The position numbers were made by a program, and so were the translations under genes. From positions 25,487 through 89,486 of the forward strand of contig WQVN01000001.1 in NCBI GenBank assembly GCA_009785795.1: 64,000 nucleotides of DNA, in the 5' to 3' direction. The notes beneath the pieces were generated by a model. The model was not told the origin of the DNA and searched no databases. It saw nothing but the letters and a program-made list of their open reading frames with translations. This document shows, in pieces, positions 58,918 through 64,000 of the stretch. Source of the stretch: Coriobacteriia bacterium (GTDB taxonomy: Bacteria > Actinomycetota > Coriobacteriia > WRKU01 > WQUG01). The number at the start of each line of letters is the position of its first letter. Within the stretch, counting starts at the first letter, position 1.

Positions 58918-59644
58918 GCGCCGCTGTTAGAACTTGCTCGACTTGCGCATCTGGGATAGCGAGTGTGACCCAAGTAATAGACTCATTGCCACTTTGCATT
59001 CTATTGGTACCACTGCTTGCACTGCCACCAATCAGTGTTGTCCGTCCATCACTCACATCATCGCTGGCAGCAGCATTTTCTCTTCCCATCTGCACTGCAG
59101 ATGTGTTTGCGGACAACACCTCAATACTGTGCGCTAATTCCTCTACACGACCGTTGGGTACCGCTGCCATTAGGCTTAAATGCATGCCACGTACTAATTC
59201 TCCGCCTAATGCATGAACATTGTCTGTTGACAGGGTAACTGCAGTCATTCCTTCAGCAAGACGATCCAATGGGAGAGCCTGGTCAAATATGCGCGCTTTT
59301 GTCGCCACTTCCCCTGCCAATATGACTGCACTTGTTCTGTGGCCTTCAATGCGCTCATAATCCTGTGCTGCTATAGCTCCTTCTGGCAAATATATCTGCG
59401 GCCACAGCTGCTGTTCAAACAAGTGGCTCGTCAGTACCGTACCCACATCAATTTGCTCGCGGGCGACCAACACTTGCTGCAATTCGCCATCAAATTGCTC
59501 AATAGCTTCTGCACGAGCATTGCTCGCAGATTGCGCATAGCTAAACAGAAAAAGTCCTGCGCACAGTGCTCCAATCAACCCAGCACCCATCGATGCAATT
59601 AACTTCCTGTTCTGTTTCACCTTGTTCCTCCTCGCGCAAAGCAT
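58847..59644 (-). CDS. cpaB: Flp pilus assembly protein CpaB/RcpC (SAF domain).
   Basis: It has an N-terminal TM helix and a SAF-like domain (EQIDVGTVLT). Confidence 0.75.
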   Translation of the reverse strand: MLCARRNKVKQNRKLIASMGAGLIGALCAGLFLFSYAQSASNARAEAIEQFDGELQQVLVAREQIDVGTVLTSHLFEQQLWPQIYLPEGAIAAQDYERIEGHRTSAVILAGEVATKARIFDQALPLDRLAEGMTAVTLSTDNVHALGGELVRGMHLSLMAAVPNGRVEELAHSIEVLSANTSAVQMGRENAAASDDVSDGRTTLIGGSASSGTNRMQSGNESITWVTLAIPDAQVEQVLTAARAGAIHLVLPAAAFTADDTELDE

Positions 59645-59920
59645 ACAAATAGCTTGTATTGACTGTGGCGAGCAGCCCCCACGTCCGCCAGAATGTCAGT
59701 GAGGGCAATGCTCATATCATGCCAACAAAAAGCCTAGCAGGAGGTGCTTAAAGGTGGATTAAGATTGGGTTAAGCTGTGATTAAATTTGAACATTTCCGC
59801 AGGTAGGATGCGGTAAAACTTTTTTCAAAAATTTAATAGAATTAGCCCCCAATGGGATAAAAATTTGAAAACCCATCAGCCTCGGAGTTTGTCCAAGATT
59901 AGTGGGTCATTTCAACAGAA

Positions 59921-59996
59921 TGGTGCGCGATACTGGACTTGAACCAGTGACCCCTTGCGTGTCGGGCAAGTGCTCTCCCAACTGAGCTAATCGCGC
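59921..59996 (-). tRNA. tRNA-Val (anticodon GAC). The anticodon loop reads CCGACAC.
   Basis: The reverse complement is GCGCGATTAGCTCAGTTGGGAGAGCACTTGCCCGACACGCAAGGGGTCACTGGTTCAAGTCCAGTATCGCGCACCA. All stems pair. Position 33 reads as C rather than the near-universal U. Confidence 0.7.
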
Positions 59997-60016
59997 ACTA
60001 ATGCGAACTATTAAGT

Positions 60017-60940
60017 CTAGCGCAGATTATTGAGCGCGTCTACTATCGCCTGAGCAACCTGAACGCCAGCGCGCACCTGTGCTTCCTTCGTCGAAGCACC
60101 CAGATGTGGAGCAAGTACCGCTCGATCGCAACCTACCAACGGATAGTCCACTGGCGGCTCTGGATCGTAGACATCAATTCCTGCTGCCCAGATTTTGCCA
60201 CTATCTAGTCCCTTGCGCAGAGCCACATCATCATAGATGCCTCCGCGCGCAACATTGAGCACAATGACGTTGTCCTTCATTATTGCAATTTGCTCTTCAC
60301 CAATCATGCCTGCTGTTTCAGGTGTCTTTGGTAAGTGTACGGAAATAACATCAGAGGTACGCAGTAGCTCCTCAAAAGATGGCAGCAGTATTGCACCGTT
60401 GCGAGTTACAAAGTCAGGATCTGCATAGGGATCATAGGCATGAATAGTCATGCCGAAAGCCTGAGCGCGCTGAGCCAACAATGCGCCAATCTTGCCAAAG
60501 CCAATAATGCCAAGTGTCTTTTCATAGAGCTCAATACCAGTAAACAGTGCGCGATCCCACTTGCCTGCGTGCATACTTGCATTTGCCTGTGCTGTATTGC
60601 GCGCACACGCAAGCAGCAGTGCAAAAGTCTGCTCTGCCGCAGATACGACGTTTGCTGCAGGAGTGTTCACCACCTGAACACCATGCTGCATTGCAGCTTC
60701 TTTGTCAATGTTGTCAGTGCCAACACCCGCACGTCCAATGACCTTGAGATCTGTACCTGCTTCGATGATTTCGCGCGTCACTTGTACGGCACTACGCACA
60801 GCAAGCGCACTGAATCCAGGAATTTCTGCCACCAGCTCTTTAGGTGACAATCCAATTTTCACTTCAACGTCGTAACCTGCATCTTTCAAGTAGTCAATAC
60901 CTGCTTGATGCACCTTATCTGCTACTAATGTTTTCATCAA
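60017..60940 (-). CDS. serA: D-3-phosphoglycerate dehydrogenase / D-isomer-specific 2-hydroxyacid dehydrogenase.
   Basis: It has a GxGxxG NAD motif (IGFGKIGALLAQRA) and a catalytic His region. It sits adjacent to the aminotransferase gene. Confidence 0.75.
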   Translation of the reverse strand: MMKTLVADKVHQAGIDYLKDAGYDVEVKIGLSPKELVAEIPGFSALAVRSAVQVTREIIEAGTDLKVIGRAGVGTDNIDKEAAMQHGVQVVNTPAANVVSAAEQTFALLLACARNTAQANASMHAGKWDRALFTGIELYEKTLGIIGFGKIGALLAQRAQAFGMTIHAYDPYADPDFVTRNGAILLPSFEELLRTSDVISVHLPKTPETAGMIGEEQIAIMKDNVIVLNVARGGIYDDVALRKGLDSGKIWAAGIDVYDPEPPVDYPLVGCDRAVLAPHLGASTKEAQVRAGVQVAQAIVDALNNLR

Positions 60941-60985
60941 AATCCTTTCAGGTAAAACGAGGGAATGTGCTCTAGGGGTTCAGAC

Positions 60986-62140
60986 TCAGTGTGCATTCAA
61001 AAAGACACTTTCTGCTGCCTTTATACTTGCACCCTGTTCAAAGTTGTATCCTAAACGCGTCAAAGCCATTTCCAGTGCAGTCAGTGCCGTAATGATGTCA
61101 AACGGTCCAAAGTAGCCTAGATGTCCAATGCGGAAAATTCTATCCTTGTAATCATCTTGACCATTCGTGATGGTGACACCGTAATCTTCCTTCATAATTT
61201 TTACAATCTTGCCTGCCGGAATTCCTTCCGGTGACCACACAGGGGTCACTGCACTGCCCCGCCCCTCTGGCGGTGCAAACAGCTGTAGACCGATTGCTTC
61301 AACACCCTCGCGTGTTGCTTTTGCCAGCAAATTATGACGCGCAATAATGTTCTCGCGCCCTTCTTCCTGCATTAGCTTTAAGGCTTCACTCAGGCCCTGA
61401 ATCAGTGTCAATGCCGGAGTAAAAGGTGTCGTATCCTTTTCAAGTGACTTGCGGTATTTCTTCCAATCAAAGTAAAACTTCGGCAGCGTAGAGCGCTCTG
61501 CAGCACGCCACGCTTTTTCTGATACCGACACCGCAGCAAGACCTGGTGGCAGCATTAATCCCTTTTGCGAGCCAGTCATTACAACGTCAAGTCCCCAGTC
61601 GTCGGTCTCACACTCCATCGCTCCAATGCCTGTAATGGAATCGACAATCATGACTGTATCTGACAAATCGCGCACACACGCTGCGATTTCCTTGATAGGA
61701 TTTAGTACGCCCGTCGAAGTCTCGGACTGCGTGACAATGACACCACGTGCATCTGGATTAGCTGCCAGTGCATCAGCAACATCACTTACGCTGACCACTT
61801 GATTCCATTCATAGCACAGATCGATAACTTCTAGTCCATAAGCTTTGGCAATGCTCTTTTCGCGATCACCAAATTTGCCGTTACGCGCAATAATGACCTT
61901 ATCGCCTGCAGAAAAACAGTTAACAATGGCACTTTCCATCGCTCCTGTACCACTTGATGCAAGCATCAGCACATCGTTTTTTGTATTAAAGATATACTGC
62001 AGGCCACGCACTGCCTCTGCAACTGTTGCCTCGAATTCTGCTGTTCGATGATGAATGATAGGGCGTGCCATCGTCAGCAGTACATCAGCAGGAACAGGAG
62101 TTGGTCCTGGAGTCATCAAGTAGCGCTTTGGTAAAGACAT
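60986..62140 (-). CDS. serC: Class-V aminotransferase (archaeal-type phosphoserine aminotransferase / serine-pyruvate aminotransferase).
   Basis: It has the AGXT-family fold with a PLP lysine region. The start is trimmed to MSLPKRY after a GAGAGGAA RBS. Confidence 0.7.
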   Translation of the reverse strand: MSLPKRYLMTPGPTPVPADVLLTMARPIIHHRTAEFEATVAEAVRGLQYIFNTKNDVLMLASSGTGAMESAIVNCFSAGDKVIIARNGKFGDREKSIAKAYGLEVIDLCYEWNQVVSVSDVADALAANPDARGVIVTQSETSTGVLNPIKEIAACVRDLSDTVMIVDSITGIGAMECETDDWGLDVVMTGSQKGLMLPPGLAAVSVSEKAWRAAERSTLPKFYFDWKKYRKSLEKDTTPFTPALTLIQGLSEALKLMQEEGRENIIARHNLLAKATREGVEAIGLQLFAPPEGRGSAVTPVWSPEGIPAGKIVKIMKEDYGVTITNGQDDYKDRIFRIGHLGYFGPFDIITALTALEMALTRLGYNFEQGASIKAAESVFLNAH

Positions 62141-62185
62141 TGCAATTCCTCTCACAGTCGTCAATGTGTGCACGTACAAATAAGA

Positions 62186-62212
62186 AAGAGCGGGAGTCAG
62201 TCCCGCTCTTTA
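62186..62212 (-). terminator. Terminator of the cytochrome gene.
   Basis: AAAGAGCGGGA-gtcag-TCCCGCTCTTT. On the minus strand a TTCTTATTT run follows. Confidence 0.65.
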
Positions 62213-62247
62213 ATACGTAGGAGTGTCAGCAGTTATTGCTCCTAAGT

Positions 62248-63840
62248 TTAATCTTGATATCCTGGACTCAATAAGCTGTTTAAGAAGCCCAATATTCCCG
62301 ATTCACTGTTGTCAACTTGGCCGTGTGTGATGTAGTGTTGCGAGATGATAAATCCATTTGGCACTTCGTCACTATTATCTGCGTGACAACGAGCACAGAA
62401 TAGCTCTCCCAAATCATCACGAGTCGGCTCTGGATCGCCACCCAAGCCATCTGAATCTACCAGACCCAATAAAGCTATGTCATGGTCTGGTGATCTATGT
62501 GGCCAGTCGCTATCAGGTGCCACACGTGCATAGTCAGCAGTACCAAAGTGACAGCTTGAACATGCAAGATTAATTGCCTGCTGCGCCCGCATTTCAGCAT
62601 CAGTACCTGAATCAAGTGCGAAATAGCCTAGTGCGCGGAATGCTGCAAGTTCTGCAACCTGAGGGTTTTCAGCATCGGCAATAGGCACAATGCCATTAGA
62701 ATCCCATTCTGCTGTATGCGATCCACTCAGGTCACCACGATGGCAAGTATAGCACTGAGCTGGTCCCGAATAAGCACCATTCCAGATAACTGGATGTGCT
62801 CCCTCAATAGGCTCATCTTCTAGATCAGTCGCAAAATCGCCCACATGAACATCAGTGGCATCAGTCAAGATAAATTCGTTCAACTCTCTCGGATCACCAT
62901 TCGGCACAAGAGGTTCTGGTTCTGCTGCGAGTAGATTGTGACAACTCGCACACCACACACCAAGAGTATATTGATTAATCTGATAGCTCTCGATTGCTGG
63001 TTCATCTGGCAGATCGTCAATACTTACTGGAACATTTCCTGTGCCACCTGGATCCTTGCGAAGCAGCTTATAGCCTATTTGATCTGTTGTTTCATTATTC
63101 TCAAATTGACCAGCATCAACGAAGTCTTCTCCAGTAATCGGATCTGTTACGCCACCTGTCCAGAAATCGGCAGGCATCCACGAAGCAAAGTTTCCACCAT
63201 GCACAACATGACATGTTGCACAGGTCATATCAATAGTTCCCACGTCAGAAGTGGAAGTAGGAATTTGTCTGTTTAATCCAAGGGAATGTCCAGAATCAAG
63301 GTCGGTAATCTCACTAGTGCCACCAGTAACGCCACCGTGATACACAAGATTTGAGCTCATGCCTGCAGCACCAACAGGAGATCCTGTTAGGTGACAGTAT
63401 TCGCAGCCCGTTGAACCTCGACGCGTCAACCAGTTATTTGTTCTGGTCGCACTTGCAAGTCCCGTGGATGGCTCGGTCACCTGCGCACTATGAGCCGAGT
63501 GACACACGCTACACTTTGCTGATGTTGTTGTGTAGCCACCATGAGGGCCACGACCCTGTAGTTCAAATTCCCCCAGTGTAGGTCCTCCAAGCAACACATA
63601 TTCGTTGCCATCACTCGGAAAGAGCAGTTCGCCACCCGGTCCGACTGCTGCATTAGAGCCAAAATCTGCCGGCTCACTGAACATGCGCGGTGCAGGAACC
63701 AAGCTGGCACCACTTGCGCTCAATCCAGATATCGATAATTCGTTGGCGTCTGCAGCAAATGCAGGTGTAGCAACCAACACAGTTGCACACGCAGTAAGTA
63801 CGAGCGCAGTTCCAAATCGTCCAATTCGCTTAATCTTCAT
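62248..63840 (-). CDS. Secreted heptahaem c-type cytochrome.
   Basis: It has a signal peptide (ALVLTACATVLVATPAFA/AD) and seven CxxCH motifs: CSVCH, CEYCH, CATCH, CASCH, CYTCH, CSSCH and CARCH. The start is trimmed to MKIKRIG after an AAAGGA RBS. Confidence 0.8.
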   Translation of the reverse strand: MKIKRIGRFGTALVLTACATVLVATPAFAADANELSISGLSASGASLVPAPRMFSEPADFGSNAAVGPGGELLFPSDGNEYVLLGGPTLGEFELQGRGPHGGYTTTSAKCSVCHSAHSAQVTEPSTGLASATRTNNWLTRRGSTGCEYCHLTGSPVGAAGMSSNLVYHGGVTGGTSEITDLDSGHSLGLNRQIPTSTSDVGTIDMTCATCHVVHGGNFASWMPADFWTGGVTDPITGEDFVDAGQFENNETTDQIGYKLLRKDPGGTGNVPVSIDDLPDEPAIESYQINQYTLGVWCASCHNLLAAEPEPLVPNGDPRELNEFILTDATDVHVGDFATDLEDEPIEGAHPVIWNGAYSGPAQCYTCHRGDLSGSHTAEWDSNGIVPIADAENPQVAELAAFRALGYFALDSGTDAEMRAQQAINLACSSCHFGTADYARVAPDSDWPHRSPDHDIALLGLVDSDGLGGDPEPTRDDLGELFCARCHADNSDEVPNGFIISQHYITHGQVDNSESGILGFLNSLLSPGYQD

Positions 63841-64000
63841 AGTCCTTTGCCTGCTTCTTAAGCCATGCTCCATCAATAATCCATCGCGTAGTCATATAAA
63901 AATCATACAATCCTACCCGTACAATAATACAATACCGCGGCTAAATATGATAGTTTTACTCTAAAAAAGTGCTGGACTGTCGTGAATTTCGAGGCAATCC

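Overview
This 64-kb window has a moderate GC content of roughly 50%. It looks like a Gram-positive chromosome of actinobacterial type, possibly Coriobacteriia. That guess is inference from the secretin-less Tad pilus locus, the acidic C-terminal tail on ribosomal protein S2, a CIRCE-regulated groES-groEL operon and a secreted multihaem cytochrome c.

The core is housekeeping: coaD (partial), rsmD, recG, degV, fakA-like, asp23, tsf, rpsB, cysS, rlmB-like, metQ, coaBC, groES/groEL, rpsA, tadA deaminase, rsgA, pyrF, glxK, rsmI, apgM, serA and a serC-like gene. I can place six tRNAs: His, Pro, Ser-GCU, Ser-GGA, Val, plus tRNA-derived fragments. There is no rRNA and no CRISPR array.

The accessory and less ordinary content is:
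1. A translationally coupled tandem triplet of paralogous type-I membrane proteins of an unrecognised family (43.26-46.09 kb). It is followed directly by a gene that fuses a stand-alone DnaA-lid-like helical domain, a roughly 220-aa Pro/Ala/Thr linker, and a DUF362/2x[4Fe-4S] domain.
2. A complete Gram-positive-type Tad/Flp pilus locus (cpaB-tadZ-tadA-tadB-tadC-flp-flp-tadE-large TadG-like-tadE-like-DUF192, 50.15-59.64 kb).
3. A tRNA-Ser(GGA)-flanked accessory stretch (27.8 to about 35.3 kb). It carries an HxlR / Cys-rich 33-aa peptide / ArsC module (the peptide is absent from the ORF track), two paralogous zinc-ribbon PH-like proteins, bPH, DUF3592, TetR, GNAT and YccF-like genes.
4. A low-GC segment with a small Gly/Ala-rich membrane peptide and a polytopic GT2 glycosyltransferase that carries an internal partial duplication. 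It sits next to tRNA-Ser(GCU), which is followed by a direct repeat of its own 3' end.
5. A secreted heptahaem (7 x CxxCH) cytochrome c at the right edge.
6. A roughly 65-bp palindromic intergenic repeat present at least twice.
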